DNA of 64,000 nucleotides from a virus, in IMG/VR virus record IMGVR_UViG_3300045970_000046, positions 11,120 through 75,119 of that record, one strand, 5' to 3'. A program made the translations under genes and the position numbers. Shown piece by piece: positions 29,006-37,799 of this stretch. The number at the start of each line of letters is the position of its first letter. The first letter of the stretch is position 1. Below the pieces are notes generated by a model that had not been told where the DNA came from, searched no databases, and saw only the letters and a list, made by a program, of their open reading frames with translations.

Positions 29006-30322
29006 TTAACCCGGGAGTAAACCAGGAAGCTGATTATTAATCAGGAAGTTCAAGGCGTCAATAGTAGCTTGGTCTGTAGTACCATTCAGGACTATAGCAG
29101 CGTATTCGCTAATAGCCTTACGTGTCTGGAAAACTTCCATTGTTGCCTGAATCGTAATATACTGCCCTATCTTACTTGCAACCTGAACACTCCCTGGAAG
29201 GAAACGAGCCGTACATTCAGAAGGAGTGGAAGAATCTAGTATTAGATCAACCTGGAACGGTAGAGAACAATCTCGAAGTCTACCGTAGAGTAACCAGAAA
29301 ATTTTATAGTCTGTGGGATTTAGCTTCCATTTAGCCGTTACAATAGACGAGGAATTTTGGATACCGGGACTATACCGACTTAGACCAATTCCATATTCGA
29401 TACTGATAACTTCGTCGTCTTTATCGGTAACGGTATATCCGTCCTGCAGTGGAACAAGGTATAGCTTCCGTGCCGGAGAATCCGTAGCTACTGAAGCATG
29501 ACCCGAAGCTGAACCACCTAGACCAACAGGCCCGTAGGTTCGAATATCGTCTTTAGTGGAAGCATGACCCGCGGCTGTACCTGTAAGGTCTACGGTACGA
29601 GATGTATGAGGTAAGGCCGTAGCTCCGGCATGACCTCCGGCGGTACCTCCCAAAGGAACAGGACCGGTAGTCTCTCCGGTTACATCCGCATGTCCGCCAG
29701 ACGTACCCCCTAGTAGAACGTCGGTCTGTAGCCCTGTGGCCACAGCACCCGCGTGACCAGAAGCTACCCCTGAAAGTGGAATACTGCTTGGGTTCGTCCC
29801 GAAATAACCGGTAGGTACAATTTGAATGGCAGCTGTACCTCCGTCTGTACCTACGAAGTGGATAGGTGCTAGTTTAAGTGAAACCGTTGAATTATCAGTG
29901 CTAGTAAACGAGAGTAATGTACCAGAGGTATCTAGTACATCGGCCGTAGCCGTTATATCTACTACTGTACTATGACCGGAGGCTGTACCGGATAGCCGTG
30001 TAGGTACAGTATACGAGAGTACGGACGTTAAAGCACCGCGACCACCAGCGGTACCGGCTAGTGAAGTAGGCCCTGTACTCGTCACACCGGCTGTTCCGGA
30101 ACCATGACCGGCAGACACACCACCTAATGACGTCGCTGTTGGAAGTTGAGTTGTTACCGTAGGACTAGATACAGTCGCCTGTCCGGAAGCGGTCCCGGAA
30201 AGCGGTATACGTATAGATTCTACCGTCACGTCATTAACAGTAATGGCTCCAGATCCGGGTACTACCCGTAAGGATAGAGTTGCATTACCTAGCGGTAACG
30301 TGAGGGTAGTTATAACCTTCAT
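29006..30322 (-). CDS. repeat stalk protein fused to a C-terminal Dit/gpM-like domain
   Basis: about nine xxL(S/G)G(T/V/S)(A/S)xGH repeats; C-terminal domain resembles ORF 37800-38162. Confidence 0.75.
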   Translation of the reverse strand: MKVITTLTLPLGNATLSLRVVPGSGAITVNDVTVESIRIPLSGTASGQATVSSPTVTTQLPTATSLGGVSAGHGSGTAGVTSTGPTSLAGTAGGRGALTSVLSYTVPTRLSGTASGHSTVVDITATADVLDTSGTLLSFTSTDNSTVSLKLAPIHFVGTDGGTAAIQIVPTGYFGTNPSSIPLSGVASGHAGAVATGLQTDVLLGGTSGGHADVTGETTGPVPLGGTAGGHAGATALPHTSRTVDLTGTAAGHASTKDDIRTYGPVGLGGSASGHASVATDSPARKLYLVPLQDGYTVTDKDDEVISIEYGIGLSRYSPGIQNSSSIVTAKWKLNPTDYKIFWLLYGRLRDCSLPFQVDLILDSSTPSECTARFLPGSVQVASKIGQYITIQATMEVFQTRKAISEYAAIVLNGTTDQATIDALNFLINNQLPGLLPG

Positions 30323-31941
30323 GGAGTAGCCGGAAGTGTAAGTGTATCTACTACAACACCGTTAACTAGAACTTCCACCTGACCACCTGTCGGAGAAGTG
30401 GCGTCAAGCTGCAACTGTAGGGGACGAGTCAGAGAATTCACAGTTTGAATATCCAGACCGGTGTCAGGGTTTAACGGTGCATTCAATGATATGGTACCAC
30501 CGTCTACCACAATACAATGCTGATTTGAAACCACCCCTACCTGAGAATCAACATCGGCCAGGTAGTCTCTAGTTCCAACCAGACCACCTACAGTTCTGGC
30601 TACTACGCGTACCTGCCAGTAATCGTCACCCCATGAGGTTAATTGATAGGCGTTATCGGTCCATCTGGAAACAGGTGGACCCTGATATACGCGTGTACCG
30701 TTAAGCCATAGCTCCACTTGGTTTACTGTATCGGAAGAACAGAAAGCTCCGAGGTCAACACTTACAGTACCACGAACTTTTATATGAAGCAACCCTTCGG
30801 AATGCGTATCTTCGATCCCAATATCGTTATGAGCAACATTGTACCAGTCATCTGTATGCGTCTCCCCACGCCCCTTGAGGCGTAGATACGGAAAGACTTT
30901 ATTGCTATTTCCTGGGAGCGTTGATTCAGCCTTCAGTACGGCGAGTTCTGCGTCAACTACACCGACCCCTGCGGCAGTATTGTAAAACATATCTACTTTC
31001 CATCCCTTTTTAGGTCTGGTAGCTGTCGAGATTAGTATATTTCTAACCTGTTCATTTGTTAGTGAGGGATTTTTCGCCCACACAAGTTGAGCAACACCAC
31101 CAACCACAGAGGCGATATTAATCAGATTTGGGTTCCAAAAACCTACTGTTCCAGGAAAGGGAAACTTACCGTTTTCGTGAATAGCCGAAATTCCCATATG
31201 GATCTGAGAGGCCAGTATGTCTACACGAGGTCCGTACTGGCCTCGGTAGGTGGATCCGGGATGCAGCATACTAAAGACACACCGGGCCTCATCGTCAATC
31301 CTAACTCCTCCAACACATAGAACGTGCGGGGCATCACTAGGGCTGTAGGCGGTAGCTGTTGGATTAGCTATAAATGTTTCATCGTCTCCAATATAAGAAA
31401 CGACTAGGCATCCAGCCGACCACGCATTGGCAACGGCAAGGGCTACAGCCGAGCCGGTAACGGTAGGACCAGCCGGGGCTGTTGGATGGACGGTGACGAT
31501 TACACGAGCGCCTGATGCAACGAGAAAATCTATCCCAGCTGCCATCGCCGAGGCACTTACACCCATGGCGAGCTGAATCCCATCTACTGCCGTCGCTAGA
31601 GTAGCTTCCGGGGCAACACCGTATAACCGTCCGGTTCCACCCTTACCTACAAGAGTAACAGCCGGATTGATAGAGTAGCTACCTCCACCACGGCCACTAT
31701 TGATATTAGTCCCGCCGGTGGAGATATTCCGAGCAGCTATAACCTTACCTGTTAGTTCAGGGGTGTTGGGAAAGAAGTTAGGGTAGGATCCAGCCTCGCC
31801 AGGATATTCAGCACATATAAGTCCAATAGGAAAGGTTGCCGCTCCCGTACCTATTGTCCACGCCTCGTATACATGGGACCGCTGGAACGTATGCTGCCTA
31901 CCAAACAAGGTGCTCTGATATGGGAGCTTATACCGGATCAT
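30319..31941 (-). CDS. catalytically degenerate S8 subtilase
   Basis: YGVAPEA, GPRVDILA, GVAQLVW.KNP.LT.EQVR.IL..TA kept; D, H and S motifs lost; start MIRYK at 31941 after GAAGGAGGAG. Confidence 0.8.
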   Translation of the reverse strand: MIRYKLPYQSTLFGRQHTFQRSHVYEAWTIGTGAATFPIGLICAEYPGEAGSYPNFFPNTPELTGKVIAARNISTGGTNINSGRGGGSYSINPAVTLVGKGGTGRLYGVAPEATLATAVDGIQLAMGVSASAMAAGIDFLVASGARVIVTVHPTAPAGPTVTGSAVALAVANAWSAGCLVVSYIGDDETFIANPTATAYSPSDAPHVLCVGGVRIDDEARCVFSMLHPGSTYRGQYGPRVDILASQIHMGISAIHENGKFPFPGTVGFWNPNLINIASVVGGVAQLVWAKNPSLTNEQVRNILISTATRPKKGWKVDMFYNTAAGVGVVDAELAVLKAESTLPGNSNKVFPYLRLKGRGETHTDDWYNVAHNDIGIEDTHSEGLLHIKVRGTVSVDLGAFCSSDTVNQVELWLNGTRVYQGPPVSRWTDNAYQLTSWGDDYWQVRVVARTVGGLVGTRDYLADVDSQVGVVSNQHCIVVDGGTISLNAPLNPDTGLDIQTVNSLTRPLQLQLDATSPTGGQVEVLVNGVVVDTLTLPATP

Positions 31942-34354
31942 AAACTCCTCCTTCAATGTTACCGGAGATATCAATCCCGTAGAATTGTAGCTTTCCCGAC
32001 TGGGGCGTAAGCGGAGCAAGATACGTGCTCCACGCTCCAGAACCCCACCGGTACCTAATTGTTACAGGAGCATTCTCACTAACAGACGACAGTATGATAG
32101 TACCACGGGTGGCGGTAGGCCACGAAACCGTGGTAAGTGGAGCAGCAGCTGCAGAGGTGTGACCAATAACGTCGACATACTCCTGCTCGACGGTAAGCGT
32201 AGAGGTTCTAGCAACTAATTTTAGAAGATTCCCAGCTAGAAGTCCGGAGTTCAAAGGGATTAGCGAGTCCCATGTAGTTCTAGCCCCTCCTTGGTAAACC
32301 ATTGTAGATCCGGCCCATAATTCCAAGGAGGTAATAGGATCCGAAGAATAGGCTATGAGCTCTACATATATAGTTCCATGGAGATGAACGGTAGGAACCC
32401 CCGAGCTCCAAACTACAGCATCACTGATAAGAATGGGAATATACCGCCCCATGATATCTCTTTTAAAGAAATTGCAGTAAGGAAAGATATGTCCTGCAAA
32501 CTCCGGGACTAATGACAGCGCCTTGCTAACGGCCTTTCCTGCATTCCAAATACCCGGTAACTCAGGAAATAATGTTGTAAAATCTGGATTCTGAGGCTTA
32601 TCCCAAGTATCTTTAGCTATCTGACAGATCTGAAGCCCCGTTAAATCCATGTTAGCTGAACCGATTAGGGCACAAATTCCCACTGAAAAGGGGGTAGCAG
32701 AAGACGTACCGTTAAAATAGGTGTAGTCCACTAGAGCGTTGTTTGGATTAGAAGGAGTGAACCACTCGAAATCGCTATCTATAGCTCCGGACGTTGCGAT
32801 CCCAGTTCCAGCCTGGTGGTAGACAGAGGCTAGAATCTGATGTCCATGAGCCACCGCATTAACCTTAGGACCGTAATTTGAATAGCAAGCACGCTCGTCA
32901 AGCCGGGTGGTCTCTAGACATCCAACAGACAAAAATCCATATTCCTTACAAAGATTTCCGGGACTTCCCGACATGCCCGTAGAGTAATTACACGCGGCAA
33001 ATAGGGCTGCGTCGCCGCGATCTCGGAGCAGGTCGAATGTTGTCCTATACTCCGCCAATAATCCACCGGTAGAAGTGTACGCAGAGCCCCAGGAATTATT
33101 CGAAATTTTAGCCCCCAACAGGGAACCCATTATCAGGCCCTCTGTTAGAGCCACAATGGTGACATAAGTTTCTCCCGGGGCTAGTTCCGTCCGCCAAGAG
33201 AAACCATTACAGCTAAACAAGGAGCATTCAGGAGCGACGCCAACAGGCCCGGCCTTTAGAGGTGAGGATCCTACGTAGTCCGGTTTGTTAGCGTTAGCCA
33301 AAATGACACCGGAGCAGCAGGTCCCGTGAGTTGCGGATCCAGCCGAATTATCCGTGCTGGGCCCGAATACCCCCTTACCGGGATTAAAACGGATTACTTT
33401 CTTTCCGGCAAACGCAGGCCACTGCTCTGCCGCAGTTGGGTAAAGGGGGCCTCCAGGGACTCCTAGGGTCGGATCACTAGCGGGACCCGTAAATGTAGAG
33501 TTAATTATTAATCCAGAATCATTTACCGTGACTAAGAAATCCGGGTGCCCCATCGTATACTTCCACGCCGAAAAGACATCCGACCGTAAGTGAGAATACT
33601 GTCTGGGAAGAGCCGCATCGCTGGCCCCATGGTATTTGCGTTTGGAAGTTTGATAGTTAGGGAGCCTAACATTAGTCGTAGTAGCCGAAGCGTGGGCTGT
33701 ATCTACAGATGTTCTTGGCCCAGAGGAGGAAGCCCGCAGCGAAATATAACGGCCTTGTTTGGTACCTTCTACAGAAATTGTAGATGAGGGAACAGGCCCT
33801 GCACTCGGTTGCACCATACTCCATATACCTAACCCGTGGTTGAGTGCGTCAGGTCCTAACAAAATATCTGTAGATAGCGGAGGACCTACAGGCGTAGTCC
33901 ACCACGTACTCAGAGTATCATAGTCATAACTAAACTCGTAATTATGGGCTAATAACAGAACAAGGCTGTTCTGCCCTAAAGTCGTAATTGAAGGAACAAC
34001 TAGATCCGTGTATACAGTGATGTCGGGACTTGTGGCCGTAGCGAGCGAACCCACAACCTCTATCGGGGCTGTGGGATCACAATCTCTATAGGCCGCCATA
34101 ATAATATAGCCTGTACTATGGGCTATGTCGACGTTTTCATCAGTTAATACTTTGTAGCAAATAGCGAAGAAAGTTGAAGTTCCTCCCGCAGAATTTGAAG
34201 CTCCTGGGACTAGGGTCCAACCTGTAGGAGCCGAGCTAGTTCCGGTGATGAAGGCTATAACTACATCACCAGCTTCGAGACCCGAGGGTACACCTTCCTT
34301 AGTGGGATCATCCCCACGGTACTTCCCTGTACTTACAAGATATGGGATTCTCAT
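31928..34354 (-). CDS. S8 subtilisin-like serine protease with tail-protein N-domain
   Basis: VNDSG, HGTCCSG, GVAPE, NNSWG, AACN, GTSSATP. Confidence 0.9.
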   Translation of the reverse strand: MRIPYLVSTGKYRGDDPTKEGVPSGLEAGDVVIAFITGTSSAPTGWTLVPGASNSAGGTSTFFAICYKVLTDENVDIAHSTGYIIMAAYRDCDPTAPIEVVGSLATATSPDITVYTDLVVPSITTLGQNSLVLLLAHNYEFSYDYDTLSTWWTTPVGPPLSTDILLGPDALNHGLGIWSMVQPSAGPVPSSTISVEGTKQGRYISLRASSSGPRTSVDTAHASATTTNVRLPNYQTSKRKYHGASDAALPRQYSHLRSDVFSAWKYTMGHPDFLVTVNDSGLIINSTFTGPASDPTLGVPGGPLYPTAAEQWPAFAGKKVIRFNPGKGVFGPSTDNSAGSATHGTCCSGVILANANKPDYVGSSPLKAGPVGVAPECSLFSCNGFSWRTELAPGETYVTIVALTEGLIMGSLLGAKISNNSWGSAYTSTGGLLAEYRTTFDLLRDRGDAALFAACNYSTGMSGSPGNLCKEYGFLSVGCLETTRLDERACYSNYGPKVNAVAHGHQILASVYHQAGTGIATSGAIDSDFEWFTPSNPNNALVDYTYFNGTSSATPFSVGICALIGSANMDLTGLQICQIAKDTWDKPQNPDFTTLFPELPGIWNAGKAVSKALSLVPEFAGHIFPYCNFFKRDIMGRYIPILISDAVVWSSGVPTVHLHGTIYVELIAYSSDPITSLELWAGSTMVYQGGARTTWDSLIPLNSGLLAGNLLKLVARTSTLTVEQEYVDVIGHTSAAAAPLTTVSWPTATRGTIILSSVSENAPVTIRYRWGSGAWSTYLAPLTPQSGKLQFYGIDISGNIEGGVYDPV

Positions 34355-34752
34355 TAGGTGAACCGAAAAGACGGATTAGATACTCGTAAGATATCTCCAG
34401 TATCACTCATCAGCCTTGTCTTATGGCCTAGTTCTAAAATGGCGATTAAGGCTCCGGAGGTTCCGGAGGCAACCGTGACAAGTCCGATATACCGGATAGG
34501 TACGGCGGCTGTAAATCCAGTAAATTCAAAGTTCCCCGAGCACGTAAACTGGCCTGCAACAACAGTCATATTCAACTGTGGACAATTAATTCGAGAGTAT
34601 GTCCCAGTTACGGCAGTAACTTCCGCCATATTCGCCAACGTGGTAGTATCGGATCTATCCGTTAGAGCCGCTAAATAAATACCGCCCGGCAAGGACGCGA
34701 TAAGTGCAAGACTTAGGGCCTGAGAACCCTCGATAGGAATTACAACGGCCAT
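34354..34752 (-). CDS. fibre/appendage subunit, paralogue of 37200-37772 and 51051-51434
   Basis: YL.....AEVT..GTYSR...F......IGL....SG.LIA. Confidence 0.65.
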   Translation of the reverse strand: MAVVIPIEGSQALSLALIASLPGGIYLAALTDRSDTTTLANMAEVTAVTGTYSRINCPQLNMTVVAGQFTCSGNFEFTGFTAAVPIRYIGLVTVASGTSGALIAILELGHKTRLMSDTGDILRVSNPSFRFT

Positions 34753-34991
34753 TATTGTGTCTCCACTAATGACTCGAACCAGACATTGGCCACAGCAGGG
34801 TGGGCTTCATAACGAAGGATTGCCGTGGATACGTTTGCGGTACCGACAAAAACCTCTAACACCATCGCGTTCGGATACATATTTAGCGTACGTCCCCCAC
34901 ACTCCTGAACTACACATAGACCTAGATCCTGGTCCCAATACTTCAGTCGTACCATCAATCTATCTAGTAGTATAGGGAGGGCCATATCCAT
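34752..34991 (-). CDS. hypothetical protein
   Basis: 79 aa, tightly packed in the operon. Confidence 0.55.
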   Translation of the reverse strand: MDMALPILLDRLMVRLKYWDQDLGLCVVQECGGRTLNMYPNAMVLEVFVGTANVSTAILRYEAHPAVANVWFESLVETQ

Positions 34992-34993
34992 AC

Positions 34994-35989
34994 CTAGTAT
35001 GATAAGCCACCTAGTTTAATGTCGTAAATTAGTCCGGATCCGAAGAGGTATAAGAACGTGCTCGCCGGAGTAGGCCAAGCACCAGCCGTATTTAAGGTTA
35101 CGTTTTGAATCCCATCTATGAAAGATAAAGTAGCACTCGTTCCCAGTCGGAATTCTATCCTGTATAGTTTATTTACCAACGGAGTTGGAACTAGATTAAT
35201 TTGTTCTAAACCACCAGCTACACTAATACCAGACCAAGTCCCTAGCTCAGAGTCGTACCCAGCAGAGAATCCGTTTGTATTGGATAATAGAGTCTGCAAG
35301 CTTGCGGCGGTAGTATAAGTGCTTCCAGACAGCAAGGAAAATAGTCCGGAGCCATTGATACTATTCGTGGTCCTAGCGGCGCACCTAAATTCGAGATACC
35401 AAGGAGCGTCCTGCATTCCGGTAATACTAGCCTTAATAACGTCCGCGCCAGCCATGGTGACTATACCAGCCGAAACCGTAGGGGCACCTGCTACAATAGA
35501 GAACTGACCTAGAGTATTGGATGCAAAATCTTCATAGAGGACAACGCTGGGAGTGGTTTGAATAGTTAGAGTACGAGGACTCGCGAATAAGGCCGAAATA
35601 TTACCAGCCGCGTCTTTGGCCCATGGGTAGAACGTTACGGATCCACGACCCTCCGCAATCCAGGAAGTTGGCACAGTAGCTACCCACTTAGGATCTGCGG
35701 GGGACGGTTTAGTAGCGGATTCTGTAATTAAGTATCCTGCTATACCGCCAGCATGCGTTGCGTTAAGATTGTTAATCAGAATACGAGCCCCGAGATGGGC
35801 TGTGTCATTGGCGTAGAGATTAAACGCATTCATTGAGGGAAGAGTATCTTCCACCGTAAAGGACCTACCGGAGACTACCACCGTACCGTTTACTTTCATA
35901 TCAACAGACTGAGCACCCCCGGCCATAGCTACATCCGGAATGGACCAATTTCCTGCCCCGTCAGCCGTAGTGGACCCAAGTAAAGCCAT
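34994..35989 (-). CDS. Ig-like / lectin-like appendage protein
   Basis: LLGSTTADGAGNWS half-Ig; GYLITESATKP...WAKDAAGN Ig module; C-terminal beta-sandwich. Confidence 0.7.
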   Translation of the reverse strand: MALLGSTTADGAGNWSIPDVAMAGGAQSVDMKVNGTVVVSGRSFTVEDTLPSMNAFNLYANDTAHLGARILINNLNATHAGGIAGYLITESATKPSPADPKWVATVPTSWIAEGRGSVTFYPWAKDAAGNISALFASPRTLTIQTTPSVVLYEDFASNTLGQFSIVAGAPTVSAGIVTMAGADVIKASITGMQDAPWYLEFRCAARTTNSINGSGLFSLLSGSTYTTAASLQTLLSNTNGFSAGYDSELGTWSGISVAGGLEQINLVPTPLVNKLYRIEFRLGTSATLSFIDGIQNVTLNTAGAWPTPASTFLYLFGSGLIYDIKLGGLSY

Positions 35990-35991
35990 AG

Positions 35992-36993
35992 CTATGTCCC
36001 CGTATCGTAAATAGTAACAGTTGATCCGGCCGCCGCGGTACCCGAGAACGTAACGGAGGCCGATGTAGTCTGACCAGCGGTCGGTGTTGCAAGTGTGTTC
36101 GAAACCGAACCACCTGAAATACTGACGGTTGAGGTTGCCCCCGCAATCCCAGCTCCGCTTCCCGCGATAGGCGCCGGAGCCCCCGTCTGGGTTCCGCTGC
36201 CACCAGAGCCAAGGCCTCCAGCCGAACCACCAAGAGATACTGTAGTAGCTGGTGCACTGGTAGTATCGGCCTGACCACCGGCAGCCCCGGAGAGGGCCGA
36301 GTCTACGATAACCGCACCGGCCGAATGTATCTCAATCGTCGCGTTAGGAACGACGACGCCGCTGAATGTAACCAAGGCCCCAACAGTAGACCCTTCAACC
36401 GGGAATTCCATAGACGCATCGGAGCCCGTCGATAGAGTCCCAAAAGATCCAGCCTGACCAGCGGCGGTACCACCCTGTGGACCAGAAGTTGCCGCGGTTC
36501 CCTGTCCACCGGCGTGCCCCACGGAGGTCCCAGAGAGAGGAACAACCTGAGACAACGGGGCCGTAGCACCGGCCCGACCACCAGCCGTAGCTTGTAACGG
36601 AGTTTGACCCGGTGTTGTTGTAGATATCGGACCTAGTTCGTTACCGTGGCCACCCGCTGTACCACCTAGGCCAGTAGAAACACCAAGAGCGGCGGTGGTT
36701 CCCCCTAAACCACCTGCCGCGCCTGTTGTTTTCCGTTCAGTGGATAGAATCCCACTTACATCTGCGTGACCCGACGTTGTTCCACCAGCTCCACCAGTGT
36801 CTAGTTGAGCACTAACGGTGGCCCTACCCGCAGCCGTTGCTTCTAGTATAAGTCCGAAGGGTAAAGGTGATTCCCAATAACCTGAACTGTTGGCCTGAAC
36901 AGGAGTAAGAGCCTGGCCGGCGACGGTAGGCGTCACAAAAGCGTTTGGAGTGGTTGAACCCCAAACCTTTACTCCACCAATCTGAACAGGCAC
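35992..36993 (-). CDS. Gly/Thr/Ala repeat protein with partial Ig domains
   Basis: about ten LxGT(A/S)xG(H/Q/R)A repeats; ends SGTAAAGSTVTIYD; GGAGG RBS with GTG start. Confidence 0.75.
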   Translation of the reverse strand: MPVQIGGVKVWGSTTPNAFVTPTVAGQALTPVQANSSGYWESPLPFGLILEATAAGRATVSAQLDTGGAGGTTSGHADVSGILSTERKTTGAAGGLGGTTAALGVSTGLGGTAGGHGNELGPISTTTPGQTPLQATAGGRAGATAPLSQVVPLSGTSVGHAGGQGTAATSGPQGGTAAGQAGSFGTLSTGSDASMEFPVEGSTVGALVTFSGVVVPNATIEIHSAGAVIVDSALSGAAGGQADTTSAPATTVSLGGSAGGLGSGGSGTQTGAPAPIAGSGAGIAGATSTVSISGGSVSNTLATPTAGQTTSASVTFSGTAAAGSTVTIYDTGT

Positions 36994-37008
36994 GAAAACC
37001 TCCGGAAA

Positions 37009-37188
37009 CTACTTCGTACCGGTAGAACTAGCCGCGCGGGCCGTACCAGATAACGGAGTAACTTTTCCGGTAGTCTTCTCCTTCTGACCTGCGTTACTGG
37101 CCCCCTTAGCATCACCGCTTAACTTAGTGGGAGGAGTTTGAACACATGAACAAAGGACGACTACTAGAGCCACTAGAAGGATCTTCAT
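37009..37188 (-). CDS. 59-aa lipoprotein carrying two stalk repeats (not in ORF track)
   Basis: MKILLVALVVVLCSC lipobox, then TKLSGDAKGAS and TPLSGTARAAS. Confidence 0.65.
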   Translation of the reverse strand: MKILLVALVVVLCSCVQTPPTKLSGDAKGASNAGQKEKTTGKVTPLSGTARAASSTGTK

Positions 37189-37199
37189 AGTGGCACCGA

Positions 37200-37772
37200 T
37201 TACTGCTCTGTAACGTGAAGCGCCCCTGCCGTAAACGACGCCGTCGAGTTCTGCGTAACGGCTACAGGGGCGTTATTCACAGCACCCCAGTAGAGTAGGT
37301 TACCGGCGGTAGCTGCATCGTAAATCCCAAAGCACTGAACGGACCACGAAGTACCGCTGCTGTTAGTCCAGGCGGCGCTACCGGAAATGGAACCGGCATT
37401 AACGTACTCGTCGGTATTCGTGTAGGTATTGCAGTTACCGGTACCGGAACCAGTGCAGCAGGTAAACGGCGCCTGGCTAGTGGTGCACGCACCGTTGGTC
37501 GCGTGTGTCCAACCGGTACCATTAGCGATAGCCGCCGAACGAGTAGTATATCCGGGTTGCGAACCGCTATTAAATTCAACTCCGGCGGTACCAGCCGCAG
37601 GGCACGTCGAGAATAACCCGACATAGGTATTGACCGGAGCCGAGAACGCCGTATTACCGAAAATCTCACCAAGCACCTTAGCCGAAAGATACGAATACTT
37701 CCCACCGGCCACGGCTAACAGCGGAAGAACTAGGGCGAGGGCAACAACTGCGAACTTCTTATTAAACTTCAT
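37200..37772 (-). CDS. fibre/appendage subunit with signal peptide and Cys-rich insert
   Basis: GAAGGAG RBS; MKFNKKFAVVALALVLPLLAVA; YVGLF...FGIYDAATAGNLLYWG..F.AGAL.V. Confidence 0.75.
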   Translation of the reverse strand: MKFNKKFAVVALALVLPLLAVAGGKYSYLSAKVLGEIFGNTAFSAPVNTYVGLFSTCPAAGTAGVEFNSGSQPGYTTRSAAIANGTGWTHATNGACTTSQAPFTCCTGSGTGNCNTYTNTDEYVNAGSISGSAAWTNSSGTSWSVQCFGIYDAATAGNLLYWGAVNNAPVAVTQNSTASFTAGALHVTEQ

Positions 37773-37799
37773 CGGATACTCCTTCAAGCGGTGGAACAG

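Noticed and set aside
31942-32019. Long overlap implied by the 566-aa ORF start
   Set aside because: A strong RBS supports the ATG at 31941
35989-35994. TAG readthrough or recoding to join the split Ig domain
   Set aside because: The next ATG is out of frame with the TAG, and other TAG stops fall at natural gene ends
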